Positions 51,870 to 60,784 of a DNA stretch of 64,000 bases are shown here, piece by piece. The translations under genes were made by a program, and so were the position numbers. Position 1 is the stretch's first letter. Every line of letters starts with the position of its first letter. Source of the DNA: a phage; sequence record PZ583743.1; one strand, written 5' to 3'. The notes below the pieces were generated by a model. It worked only from the letters and a program-made list of their open reading frames with translations. It made no database searches and was not told the origin of the DNA.

Positions 51870-52526
51870 ATGGCAGCACCTAGAATATCATTTTCGCCCT
51901 CTGATATTCTGTTGGGTGTTCTAGATCGCTTGTTCAAAGATAACGCTACCGGGAATGTTCTTGCTTCCCGGGTAGCTGTCGTAATTCTTTTATTTATGAT
52001 GGCGATTGTTTGGTATAGGGGAGATAGTTTCTTTGAGTACTATAAGCAATCAAAGTATGAAACATACAGTGAAATTATTGAAAAGGAAAGAAATGCACGC
52101 TTTGAATCTGTCGCCCTGGAACAACTCCAGATAGTTCATATATCATCTGAGGCAGACTTTAGTGCGGTGTATTCTTTCCGCCCTAAAAACTTAAACTATT
52201 TTGTTGATATTATAGCATATGAAGGAAAATTACCTTCAACAATAAGTGAAAAATCACTTGGAGGATATCCTGTTGATAAAACTATGGATGAATATACAGT
52301 TCATTTAAATGGACGTCATTATTATTCCAATTCAAAATTTGCTTTTTTACCAACTAAAAAGCCTACTCCCGAAATAAACTACATGTACAGTTGTCCATAT
52401 TTTAATTTGGATAATATCTATGCTGGAACAATAACCATGTACTGGTATAGAAATGATCATATAAGTAATGACCGCCTTGAATCAATATGTGCTCAGGCGG
52501 CCAGAATATTAGGAAGGGCTAAATAA
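51870..52526 (+). CDS. t: Holin T
   Basis: 218 aa; single N-terminal TM segment (VAVVILLFMMAIVWY) and large periplasmic domain; recognised as T4 T. Confidence 0.93.
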   Translation: MAAPRISFSPSDILLGVLDRLFKDNATGNVLASRVAVVILLFMMAIVWYRGDSFFEYYKQSKYETYSEIIEKERNARFESVALEQLQIVHISSEADFSAVYSFRPKNLNYFVDIIAYEGKLPSTISEKSLGGYPVDKTMDEYTVHLNGRHYYSNSKFAFLPTKKPTPEINYMYSCPYFNLDNIYAGTITMYWYRNDHISNDRLESICAQAARILGRAK

Positions 52527-52799
52527 TTATTTGTTTGTATACATCTCTAGATATCGATATACACCCTCAAAACCCTCGTTGAATTCGTCGATGAGGGTTT
52601 TCTTATCTTCTTGAGTTAATTCAGAAACAATTTTACGGAATGAATTCTGATTTAACTTTCTACCTTCATGCGTTACTCCAATCTCATTCAGAAATGCAAT
52701 AAAATTAGCACGATTCTCAACAATATCTTCTCTGGAAAATTTAATCAAAATAGACGCAACAGTAATAATTTCACGAACTGTATCAATATTTTTATTCAT
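52527..52799 (-). CDS. asiA: AsiA anti-sigma-70 factor
   Basis: 90 aa; MNKNIDTVREIITVASILIKFSRED… recognised as T4 AsiA. Confidence 0.93.
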   Translation of the reverse strand: MNKNIDTVREIITVASILIKFSREDIVENRANFIAFLNEIGVTHEGRKLNQNSFRKIVSELTQEDKKTLIDEFNEGFEGVYRYLEMYTNK

Positions 52800-52811
52800 T
52801 AACTATACCAC

Positions 52812-52964
52812 TCAATTAGTTGACTTTATTATAATATCATCAGACGCTTTATTTGTAAACTGGTCTGTGTTATTTTCTTCAAAAATTTTTTCTACGAATT
52901 CTTTGAACGACTCACGTTCCTGAGCTACATTATGCTCGATTACCTTTTCAAGATTATGACTCAT
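52812..52964 (-). CDS. Small acidic protein (50 aa), translationally coupled to arn
   Basis: Hand-translated MSHNLEKVIEHNVAQERESFKEFVEKIFEENNTDQFTNKASDDIIIKSTN*; its ATG overlaps the arn stop (ATGA); below the ORF-track cutoff. Confidence 0.45.
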   Translation of the reverse strand: MSHNLEKVIEHNVAQERESFKEFVEKIFEENNTDQFTNKASDDIIIKSTN

Positions 52965-53239
52965 TCGAAATAATCTTCAATTTCGTAATCATGGACATAA
53001 ATCATTATAGTTTTTAATACATCATCAATACTTTTTCCTGGAGCTGGAATTACGTAAAAATATCCCTCCTTTGAGTTATCTTTATAAGTTCCAATCAAGA
53101 AATCATTATTCTCGCGATGTAGTTCTTCAACTAATTCATTAACAATTGAGTGGTATAAATTTGGTAGAAACTTATATAGCTTTTCTAGAATATCAATTTT
53201 GATTGTGTATTGAACCACAGATTGAGAATCAATAATCAT
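52961..53239 (-). CDS. arn: Arn, anti-restriction nuclease (McrBC inhibitor)
   Basis: 92 aa, acidic; T4 Arn length and position next to asiA. Confidence 0.8.
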   Translation of the reverse strand: MIIDSQSVVQYTIKIDILEKLYKFLPNLYHSIVNELVEELHRENNDFLIGTYKDNSKEGYFYVIPAPGKSIDDVLKTIMIYVHDYEIEDYFE

Positions 53240-53322
53240 AGACCTTCCCCTTATGTTTCTGTTTGCGATTAGATTCTTTAAACGCTTTCTTCTTATCCTT
53301 ATGGACAGAAGCTTTATTAAAA

Positions 53323-53541
53323 TTATGTTTTGCGACTAAATTGTTCATAGTGCTGAATTACCTCTCTTAAACATTTGCATGTGAATGAAAACTTTTTAGC
53401 TACACCACATTCAAATATATGTTCTCTTAAATCACGCGTGTCAGTATATCCCATCTCAACAATAAAATGCCGTATTAGATTTTTATCTTTATCGTTGAGG
53501 GAATTAAAATAATCGGATTTTGAATTAATTTCCCTGGCCAA
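53323..53541 (-). CDS. Hypothetical Cys-containing protein (72 aa)
   Basis: ORF in the arn-motA accessory block. Confidence 0.55.
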   Translation of the reverse strand: MAREINSKSDYFNSLNDKDKNLIRHFIVEMGYTDTRDLREHIFECGVAKKFSFTCKCLREVIQHYEQFSRKT

Positions 53542-53821
53542 ATTGAATCACCTTCAGTTGACGTTTTAGTTCTTTTATCATTTCTTCGTTCATCGCAATA
53601 TAAAGATCACGTAAAGCAGGTTTTAGCATTCCATTTATTGGGGAACTAAATGGACATACATAATCTTTTCCTACGAGCTTTTTAGTTAATTCCATATCAC
53701 AAAACTGAAATGCAGGTTCATTAGCATAAATTCCCCAATTAGTTGACATCATTTTATTGGCATATTCCAACGCCTGGATTTGATTAGTAATTCCATCAAT
53801 TTGAAACTTTTTAATATTCAT
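53525..53821 (-). CDS. Hypothetical protein (98 aa)
   Basis: ORF in the arn-motA block. Confidence 0.55.
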   Translation of the reverse strand: MNIKKFQIDGITNQIQALEYANKMMSTNWGIYANEPAFQFCDMELTKKLVGKDYVCPFSSPINGMLKPALRDLYIAMNEEMIKELKRQLKVIQFGQGN

Positions 53822-54282
53822 TAGTAAAGGTCCTCAGAGTAAAGTTCTTTTTCACTACCACCACGTTCAATACGTACTTGTCCAGCGTAAGTTGCAATAA
53901 TCATTGCTTCTTCACGTGTCCAATAATTACTATATTGGTCAATAAACCCTTGATCACCATCACAAACTTGCTGAGTAACTAATTGAGGTTTAACTACATC
54001 TAAAACTTCTGCCATATCTTTAGAATAATGACGAGCACCCGGAATAATAAGAGTTCGTCCATCTTTTAATTTAAAACGGTTGGCTGCGCAAACAATTCGT
54101 CGTTGATACTTTTGGTTTTCGTCCCAATATGCGGTCTGCCAACAGATTTCAGGAACTTCTTTTAGAATATCTTCTTCTGTGCATTTATAACCATGTGCTT
54201 TAAATTTTTCAACAAGACTTTCTGGAGTTTCACGAGATAAAGGAACATTCAACATTTTTAAACGATTAATAAATGGATTCAT
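53821..54282 (-). CDS. Hypothetical protein (153 aa)
   Basis: ORF in the arn-motA block, ATGA coupling. Confidence 0.6.
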   Translation of the reverse strand: MNPFINRLKMLNVPLSRETPESLVEKFKAHGYKCTEEDILKEVPEICWQTAYWDENQKYQRRIVCAANRFKLKDGRTLIIPGARHYSKDMAEVLDVVKPQLVTQQVCDGDQGFIDQYSNYWTREEAMIIATYAGQVRIERGGSEKELYSEDLY

Positions 54283-54608
54283 TTAAACCATCCTTTAATA
54301 CGCTGCCACAAAGTTTTCTGCTGAGCTTTGTTAACACCAATTGAGCGAATAACTGGTTGAGATTCCTGGAATTCTTTATAATCAGCAAGGTAAATTTCGT
54401 AAGCTGAATCTGTAAAGGAACTTATAGCTGCCATGAAATTATTGCGAATGCCTACTGGAGCATCTTTACTTTCACGAATAATCATGTATTTGCCAGTCTT
54501 AATCTTTACGATAGTTCCAAGATAAGCTCCATGATACCAGATGTCCCACCCCTCTTGAGTGGGTTCTGCACAACGACGAAGTTCATTGATAATTTCTAAC
54601 TTGTTCAT
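54279..54608 (-). CDS. Hypothetical protein (109 aa)
   Basis: ORF immediately downstream of motA. Confidence 0.6.
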   Translation of the reverse strand: MNKLEIINELRRCAEPTQEGWDIWYHGAYLGTIVKIKTGKYMIIRESKDAPVGIRNNFMAAISSFTDSAYEIYLADYKEFQESQPVIRSIGVNKAQQKTLWQRIKGWFK

Positions 54609-54618
54609 TATTTATTCC

Positions 54619-55254
54619 TCACAGTTCAGATGCTACGGTGATTACAGCTTCAATGTTTTCTGCCGAGCGTTTAATGTCAAGATACACATTACCGTTTTTA
54701 GCGATTTTACATGACATTCCGATATCAGTAAATTTCTGAATATGATGTTCCATCATTTTGTATCCAAAAATTCGCATATTTCCATTGTTGTTAATTTCAA
54801 AATTACGAATTCCGTGAGTGCGTTTTTCTAAAATAGCGAGATAGTTACTACGATAAGTTTCAATCTTTTTAAGAACAAATCCATTTTCATCTAAAAGTTT
54901 TAACATGAAGTCTTTATCTTCTTCCATATCAGAAGTAATTTCGCGAGCTTTACGTGTTGCTCGTTTTTTCAACAGTTCAGGAGCATTTTCCTGTGCGTAT
55001 AAAGTTGCCGCATTTGAAATAATATCCTGAGCTTCACCAGTAATGATTAATCCATCACCAGATTTCTCCACCAGGCCTTTTTTAATCAATACCCCAATAT
55101 TACTATTAACTACTGCATTACCTAAATCTGGATGCACCTCACGAACTTCTGCAGCTGTAATGAAATCTTTCTTAGCAATGGTAATTAAAATCGCAGCAGT
55201 TTTTTCATTCAGAACATCGTTAGAAGCTTTGATGATGTAAGTTACTTTAGACAT
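54619..55254 (-). CDS. motA: MotA, activator of middle transcription
   Basis: 211 aa; recognised as T4 MotA. Confidence 0.93.
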   Translation of the reverse strand: MSKVTYIIKASNDVLNEKTAAILITIAKKDFITAAEVREVHPDLGNAVVNSNIGVLIKKGLVEKSGDGLIITGEAQDIISNAATLYAQENAPELLKKRATRKAREITSDMEEDKDFMLKLLDENGFVLKKIETYRSNYLAILEKRTHGIRNFEINNNGNMRIFGYKMMEHHIQKFTDIGMSCKIAKNGNVYLDIKRSAENIEAVITVASEL

Positions 55255-55282
55255 TTTCTAATCTCCGTAATTCTGTATCAGT

Positions 55283-55356
55283 AGTTGATAGTTGTATAGT
55301 ACCACAGTATGCTTTGGTTGTAAACAGTTTTGTGAAAAAAATTTTGAAATAAAAAA
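55283..55356 (-). repeat. Repeated terminator-UP element-early promoter cassette, copy 2 (motA promoter; GTTTAC at 55320-55325)
   Basis: Near-identical to 38968-39040; -10 TACTAT at about 55296-55301; A/T-rich UP element. Confidence 0.7.
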
Positions 55357-55376
55357 GGGAGAGCCTCAGCTCTCCC
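55347..55376 (-). terminator. Terminator GGGAGAGCUGAGGCUCUCCC + U-run downstream of gene 52
   Basis: 8-bp GC stem followed by UUUUUUAUUUC on the minus strand. Confidence 0.65.
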
Positions 55377-55527
55377 TAAAATTACTGCATGACTGTGATA
55401 ACTGTCATGATAACACGTTGAATGCCGAACGCAAGAAGACCTCCTGCTACGGCTGGAACAACACCTAGCCCCGCTAGTAAAATGCCACCAGATACTAATG
55501 CCGCGCTTGTAATACCAATGAATGGAC

Positions 55528-56856
55528 TCATTTGATTTCCTCTAAATCTTTGGTGTATTCGGTAACTACATCAGTAGTTTTCCAATATTCGTTTTCTTCT
55601 TTTTTAGCTTTAGCTTCTTCAGCAAGTTTCTTTGCTTCATCGGAAGTCATATGAAAAATATTCATTCCGACTAGTTTATCAACATAAGAAGAATACATAT
55701 CAATTTTAGAAAGTTCTTCGGTCAGTTCTTTGCGAGTTTTACCCTGCACAACAATTTCACCTGAAATTACTTTCTTAATGAAATGTGCCTTGGCAAAGGC
55801 TAAACGAAATGCTGATTCAGTTTCTTTAATTTTGTTATCAATTCGTTTTTGGACGTAAGTTTTACGAACTTCAACAAAGTCTTTAATTAAATCAACTACG
55901 TTATCGTAAACTTGTAGCTTTCCTTTCTCATTAATGACTGTAATATTCTGAGAACGACGCTCAATCAACCCGAAGTCTTTCATGATTTTTGCATGGCGTT
56001 CTTCTTCGTTATCACTCAAAGAGTATTCTTTGCGGAATTTAACTTTAAATCCAAAACCATGCTCACCGCAAGCATCATCCCATGTAATGAAGCCTTTATC
56101 TTCAAGCGGGTCTAAGATTTTACTCACGTAAGTTTCACGATCATACTTATACGGAATTTCAGTGATATTCATTTGAGTTCGTGAAGTAAACTTGTACGTT
56201 CCACGAATTTCATATTGACCATCAATTTCAACGACTTCACCACGAAATTCTGGGAATTCTACCTTCGGTTTAGTTACTTTCTTTCCTTGAAGAGCTTGTA
56301 GTACAGCTTTCTTGACAGAAGAAACACTATGAGGAAGAATGTAAGTTGCATAACCAGTTGCAATACCGGAAACACCATTAAGAAGAACAGTAGGAATAAT
56401 AGGCAAATAGAAAGCAGGAGGAATGTGTTCTTTATCTTGATGTACCGGAGCATATTCAGTATCTTTATATACGTTATAGAAATTTTTACTTACGCGAGCA
56501 AAAATATAACGACTTGCTGCTGCTTTTTGGACGGTACGAGAACCAAAGTTTCCTTGGCCGTCTAACAAAGGAAAGTTATTATTCCATGTGTTAGCCATCA
56601 AAGCCCCCGCATCTTGTGCAGAGTTTTCACCATGATGATATCCAAGGTCTGCTACACCACCTGCAATAGAAGCAAGTTTGTGAAACTTATCTTTATTTCC
56701 CCGTGCCAAATCAAGAGCTCGAGCAATAACAAATCGTTGAACTGGCTTAAATCCATCAATCATATTTGGAATAGCACGATTTTCAACCGTGTACATAGCA
56801 TAAGCCAATGCTTCATTATCAATGATACTTTTTAAATCGCGATTATTCAGTTGCAT
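55528..56856 (-). CDS. 52: Topoisomerase II medium subunit gp52
   Basis: 442 aa; GyrA-like active-site region; recognised as T4 gp52. Confidence 0.93.
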   Translation of the reverse strand: MQLNNRDLKSIIDNEALAYAMYTVENRAIPNMIDGFKPVQRFVIARALDLARGNKDKFHKLASIAGGVADLGYHHGENSAQDAGALMANTWNNNFPLLDGQGNFGSRTVQKAAASRYIFARVSKNFYNVYKDTEYAPVHQDKEHIPPAFYLPIIPTVLLNGVSGIATGYATYILPHSVSSVKKAVLQALQGKKVTKPKVEFPEFRGEVVEIDGQYEIRGTYKFTSRTQMNITEIPYKYDRETYVSKILDPLEDKGFITWDDACGEHGFGFKVKFRKEYSLSDNEEERHAKIMKDFGLIERRSQNITVINEKGKLQVYDNVVDLIKDFVEVRKTYVQKRIDNKIKETESAFRLAFAKAHFIKKVISGEIVVQGKTRKELTEELSKIDMYSSYVDKLVGMNIFHMTSDEAKKLAEEAKAKKEENEYWKTTDVVTEYTKDLEEIK

Positions 56857-56860
56857 AAAT

Positions 56861-57001
56861 TTACCATACTAGTGAATGTAGTGCCATAATAACATCAGAA
56901 ATGAAAAGCACGACTTGAATTAATCCGAACATTACTCCATAATATAGCGCTATCAATAAAATAGCAAGGGCTACCGAGTAGCCCAAGATTTTCTTAATCA
57001 T
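56861..57001 (-). CDS. Small membrane protein (46 aa; 52.1 position)
   Basis: Hand-translated MIKKILGYSVALAILLIALYYGVMFGLIQVVLFISDVIMALHSLVW*; start overlaps the ac stop; below the ORF-track cutoff. Confidence 0.45.
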   Translation of the reverse strand: MIKKILGYSVALAILLIALYYGVMFGLIQVVLFISDVIMALHSLVW

Positions 57002-57152
57002 TAGTAGATAACAACACAAATGTTAAATATGCACACATACCCTGGGCTAAAGCTTGTGAAAACACACTGCTAGCATCGATACAGATAGTTAAAACACATG
57101 CTACTATCCAACAAATAAATGAAATAACTCCTAATAATTTTGCAATATTCAT
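56994..57152 (-). CDS. ac: Ac, small membrane protein (acriflavine sensitivity)
   Basis: Hand-translated 52-aa hydrophobic ORF MNIAKLLGVISFICWIVACVLTICIDASS… between gene 52 and stp. Confidence 0.55.
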   Translation of the reverse strand: MNIAKLLGVISFICWIVACVLTICIDASSVFSQALAQGMCAYLTFVLLSTND

Positions 57153-57159
57153 ATTTTCC

Positions 57160-57240
57160 TCACTGGCGTCCGAAGACGCCTTTAGTTTTAAGATTGTTAC
57201 GATAGAACTGCATCACGTGTTCGTTATGGAAATTACTCAT
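57160..57240 (-). CDS. stp: Stp peptide (26 aa), activator of the host PrrC anticodon nuclease
   Basis: Hand-translated [26 protein letters not shown], which matches the T4 Stp peptide as I recall it; start overlaps the ndd stop. Confidence 0.8.
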
Positions 57241-57695
57241 TAATATGCCTGCAAAACAAATTTAAAGTTATCAGCCAACATACGGTTCATTTCTTCAAGT
57301 GTTTGATACTCAGAATGATGATTACGAGTAAACGCTAAAGCTAACTGACCTTTTCCAAATCCCGTCGTCAGAGGTTTCATCTTAGAAGCAGGTAGATAAA
57401 ATACTGTGTATGGAACATTGTTATTTGCAATAGTACGCGCGAGCTGGGACCGACGCTGACGAATATGACTTAGAACTGCACTGAATCCTTGCTTAGAACG
57501 CTGATTACCTACATAAAATCGCGCAGATACACACGGACTATCAAATGGACCACCAAATTTGCTCACTAAAAAGTAAAATCCAGGGTTAGACAAAATGTCT
57601 TTATGCGGAGTTCCAAAAACCCATTCACCGCCCTTGATTGTACCAATAACAGTTGCGCCTGCATTATTCAGATCAGTAACAGTCATGTATTTCAT
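57240..57695 (-). CDS. ndd: Ndd, nucleoid disruption protein
   Basis: 151 aa; T4 Ndd length and position. Confidence 0.85.
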
Positions 57696-57754
57696 ATTGA
57701 TTTCCTCTAATTATTTTCTACTCCAAGGCCGTATGTATTCATACGGCTGTTAAA

Positions 57755-57970
57755 TTAATCGTCGCAGTCGACACTTAATTCCCAGAATTCTTCTACAGTA
57801 TAAGTTTCAGTATCATTTTCAATACAGAAACGTTCATTACTGTTATTTGCTAAAGTAGCGTTAACTGTCATTTTCTCGCTAGTACTCTTAAGAGGTGAAA
57901 TACGAATTAACTGATCACCATTATCTAAGCAAAAAATTTCACCGACCTTTACATCTTTAAAAATTTTCAT
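57755..57970 (-). CDS. Hypothetical protein (71 aa)
   Basis: ORF with GAGGTG RBS. Confidence 0.6.
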   Translation of the reverse strand: MKIFKDVKVGEIFCLDNGDQLIRISPLKSTSEKMTVNATLANNSNERFCIENDTETYTVEEFWELSVDCDD

Positions 57971-57978
57971 AATTCACC

Positions 57979-58089
57979 TCAGGGAGTATAAAATCCAAAT
58001 GCAGTTGTTGACCATCCCATCCAATATGGGAAATTTGCACCAATGTAAAACATAAGAATATAAAACCAACCACTCAGCAAATTCATCAT
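57979..58089 (-). CDS. Tiny hydrophobic, Trp-rich protein (36 aa)
   Basis: Hand-translated MMNLLSGWFYILMFYIGANFPYWMGWSTTAFGFYTP*; ATGA-coupled to the upstream ORF. Confidence 0.4.
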   Translation of the reverse strand: MMNLLSGWFYILMFYIGANFPYWMGWSTTAFGFYTP

Positions 58090-58304
58090 TTTACACCATT
58101 CCAAATTGTTTCAACCACAGATTTTAAACCATTTTGGTGAATATCCATTCCGACAACCGCCATCAAATAGATTCCAACCACAACTGACCCCAAGGCGAAA
58201 ATCAGCATGAAAATGAATAAAGCAGGAAAAATATTATCAAAAAACCATTCCATAAATGTAAAAGCACTGCGTTTACGCTTCATATTTTCCTCACATAAAT
58301 CCAA
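58086..58304 (-). CDS. Small membrane protein (72 aa)
   Basis: Hydrophobic segment FPALFIFMLIFALGSVVVGIYLMAVV. Confidence 0.55.
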   Translation of the reverse strand: MDLCEENMKRKRSAFTFMEWFFDNIFPALFIFMLIFALGSVVVGIYLMAVVGMDIHQNGLKSVVETIWNGVK

Positions 58305-58679
58305 AGTAAGCGTTTAATACATCAATCATTAAAACGATTGGGAATATACTTAAAACTACTAGTATTATAACTACATTCCATATAGCTTTAACAATCTTTT
58401 TCATTTTCTATTCCTCCGTAGTTGATAGAGTAATAATACCACAGAGGAACAGTCTTGTAAACAACTTTTTTAAAAATATTCGTAATAAATGTGAATACCA
58501 ATCACCACTGCCGAAACTTGTGCAACCCACCACGCACAAGCAATAAGCACAGAATTAAAAATTTTCATAATAACCTCATCACAAAAGTAAATGTTAAACA
58601 AATTAATGGAATACTAATTAACCAAACGAAACACCACCATAATGAACTCATAGTTCAATCTCAACGATTTTCATTTTAC

Positions 58680-58898
58680 TCAATAATCCGCTAAAAGATC
58701 GACGATTGCATCACGAAGACACTTATTCGCAATACGTTTAAGAGCAATTTCAGTTTCTGGAGCATTTTGAATAATCATTGAATTCAATTCAGCCTCAGCA
58801 AACTGAAGTTCTTTAACTAATTCAGCTTTATATTTTCCTTGCCCTTTCTTAGCTTTTGCTCGTTTTAATTCAGCTGTAGTAAACATTTTATTCTCCAA
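58680..58898 (-). CDS. Hypothetical protein (72 aa)
   Basis: ORF directly downstream of an early promoter cassette. Confidence 0.6.
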   Translation of the reverse strand: MENKMFTTAELKRAKAKKGQGKYKAELVKELQFAEAELNSMIIQNAPETEIALKRIANKCLRDAIVDLLADY

Positions 58899-58904
58899 AT
58901 CCGT

Positions 58905-58975
58905 ATCAGTTGATAGTTGTATAGTACCACAGTCCTTGTGGTATGTAAACCGTTTTGTGAAAATTTTTTAAATGG
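58905..58975 (-). repeat. Repeated UP element-early promoter cassette, copy 3 (GTTTAC at 58945-58950)
   Basis: …cagttgatagttgtatagtaccacag…gtatgtaaaccgttttgtgaaaa… related to copies 1 and 2. Confidence 0.6.
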
Positions 58976-59525
58976 AAAGATACCATCCGTTGTAGTTGCT
59001 TTTTCTTACAACCTTACGAAGGTCTTCTCTATCACCGATGAACTTCGGAGTGTACTGGATGACACCTGGATGAATTTCTTTAGTGTTGAATATAATTATA
59101 CAGTCAGCGACTTGGTGATTCAGAATGGGCCCTAGATTTATTCCAGAACCGTATGGATACTCCCCGCTGCATCCGGTTGTTACCGAAATCCAACGTGAGT
59201 CAGTTTGATGTGTTTTGACTTCTACACGAAGCCCACAGTATTTTGGATGCGCCAATACATCCCATGCGTAAGTATACGGGTCATTAACATCCTCTTGGCC
59301 TTTGTTAACATATCCGCTTAGCCAATCTGCTACAAAAAATTCTGCGTACACAGCGATACGGCATCTTTCAATAACTTCTGCTTTATCCTGATTAGGATTT
59401 TGTTTTAAAGAGTATCTTGCTGTATCAGCAATTTTGACCTTCATTTCACTAGTCAAATCATTGTTCGATAGGGTAAATGTCGGAATCTGAAATAGTCTCT
59501 GTAAACCTGGATTCGTTTTCTGCAT
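58968..59525 (-). CDS. denB: Endonuclease IV (DenB)
   Basis: 185 aa; T4 DenB length and position. Confidence 0.88.
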   Translation of the reverse strand: MQKTNPGLQRLFQIPTFTLSNNDLTSEMKVKIADTARYSLKQNPNQDKAEVIERCRIAVYAEFFVADWLSGYVNKGQEDVNDPYTYAWDVLAHPKYCGLRVEVKTHQTDSRWISVTTGCSGEYPYGSGINLGPILNHQVADCIIIFNTKEIHPGVIQYTPKFIGDREDLRKVVRKSNYNGWYLSI

Positions 59526-59590
59526 TAAACTTTCCTTTTACGTCGGAATCACTGATATTCATATAATAAATCATAGTTTCCCTTAAAACA

Positions 59591-59608
59591 AAAGGGCCGA
59601 AGCCCTTT
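59591..59608 (-). terminator. Terminator-like hairpin AAAGGGC-cgaa-GCCCTTT
   Basis: Perfect stem flanked by T-rich sequence on both strands. Confidence 0.45.
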
Positions 59609-59611
59609 ATT

Positions 59612-59806
59612 TTATTTGAATTGTGCAATTCTTTTCTCTAAACAATCTGCGTAAGATTTCATTGAGATAAACTGCGAAAGCAGCAGTTCTTGCTCAACTG
59701 CATTAACCATTGAAAACTTTTCACTTTCTAAAAATTTGCTCAGTGCATTAATTTTGAGCATTAATTGATCGTATTCTTCTTTTACTCGTGCTTGATAACC
59801 TAACAT
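59612..59806 (-). CDS. Hypothetical protein (64 aa from internal Met)
   Basis: Strong RBS GAGGAA 4 nt before the ATG at 59806; the ORF-track start at 59863 would overlap rIIB and a GGGCUUCGGCCC hairpin. Confidence 0.55.
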   Translation of the reverse strand: MLGYQARVKEEYDQLMLKINALSKFLESEKFSMVNAVEQELLLSQFISMKSYADCLEKRIAQFK

Positions 59807-59834
59807 AATTTTCCTCAGTAATGGGCCGAAGCCC

Positions 59835-60773
59835 TTATTTAAATTGTTCAGTAACGTCTTCAACTACTTCGTATTGACAGGTACGCATTTTAGCATCGTT
59901 GTAATCAATCGGAATTGATACTACATCACGCGGATGTACTTTAACTTTTACAACTCGGCTGGTTGAACTACCAAAGTGACGAATATAAGATTTAGAACAC
60001 ACATGCAGACCACGAGAACAAGTTTGTGTATCATCGTCATTCACACGAGTACGTGGCATTTTAACTACTTTACCAGGGCTGTTATCAAAAGTATTTGAAT
60101 GACAGTCAAAGTAATTGCTGCGAACTACTTTCCAAGCATAGAAGTAGCCGTCTTCTGTAATTTCAATATCGTTTGCTACCAAGAAATCAAAGAGTCGAGA
60201 TACTGCTTTTTGGCTTGGGTTTTCCAGCAGATTTTCCAGGAACGGAAAATAAAATTCAAAGTTTTCGCCTTTTTCCATCGAATCGAGAATACGATCAACT
60301 AAACCAGACCGCAATTCAATGTTTTGATAGAACAAGCTTCCACCTTCAATTCGAACATCACCCGAAATATATTTTTCAACAGCGCGACGAACGTTAATTT
60401 TTTGTGCCGCTTCTTCTAATTTATCTGCAACAAGCAGGTTAAGAATTTCCTGGAAGTTTGAATGAGTATTAGGAGTTGCGTTATAAGTTACGCCGTCAAC
60501 AGTAATTGAAATGAATTTTTTAGATGCATTCCAAATAATGTCAGATTTAGCAACTGGAGCAATAGCTACATCACTCTTAACTTCAACTGTAATGTCACCG
60601 CTAATGGTAACTTTAGAGCGTTCAGCTTCTTTAGCATTTTTCAAAACACGACGGATTGTGTCAACCGATACACCTTGCCAATCAGCCAATTCCTGTTGGG
60701 TATAATTACCGCTTGAATACAGTTTAACAATTTCAGCTTGTTCGTTTTTGGTCAGGCATTTAATATTGTACAT
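59835..60773 (-). CDS. rIIB: rIIB, rapid-lysis / membrane integrity protein
   Basis: 312 aa; MYNIKCLTKNEQAEIVKLY… recognised as T4 rIIB. Confidence 0.93.
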   Translation of the reverse strand: MYNIKCLTKNEQAEIVKLYSSGNYTQQELADWQGVSVDTIRRVLKNAKEAERSKVTISGDITVEVKSDVAIAPVAKSDIIWNASKKFISITVDGVTYNATPNTHSNFQEILNLLVADKLEEAAQKINVRRAVEKYISGDVRIEGGSLFYQNIELRSGLVDRILDSMEKGENFEFYFPFLENLLENPSQKAVSRLFDFLVANDIEITEDGYFYAWKVVRSNYFDCHSNTFDNSPGKVVKMPRTRVNDDDTQTCSRGLHVCSKSYIRHFGSSTSRVVKVKVHPRDVVSIPIDYNDAKMRTCQYEVVEDVTEQFK

Positions 60774-60784
60774 AATTTTCCTTA

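Noticed and set aside
38968-58975. Repeated ~70-nt elements considered as a possible CRISPR array
   Set aside because: Only three copies, kilobases apart, each containing promoter hexamers and lying in front of genes; no regular repeat-spacer structure
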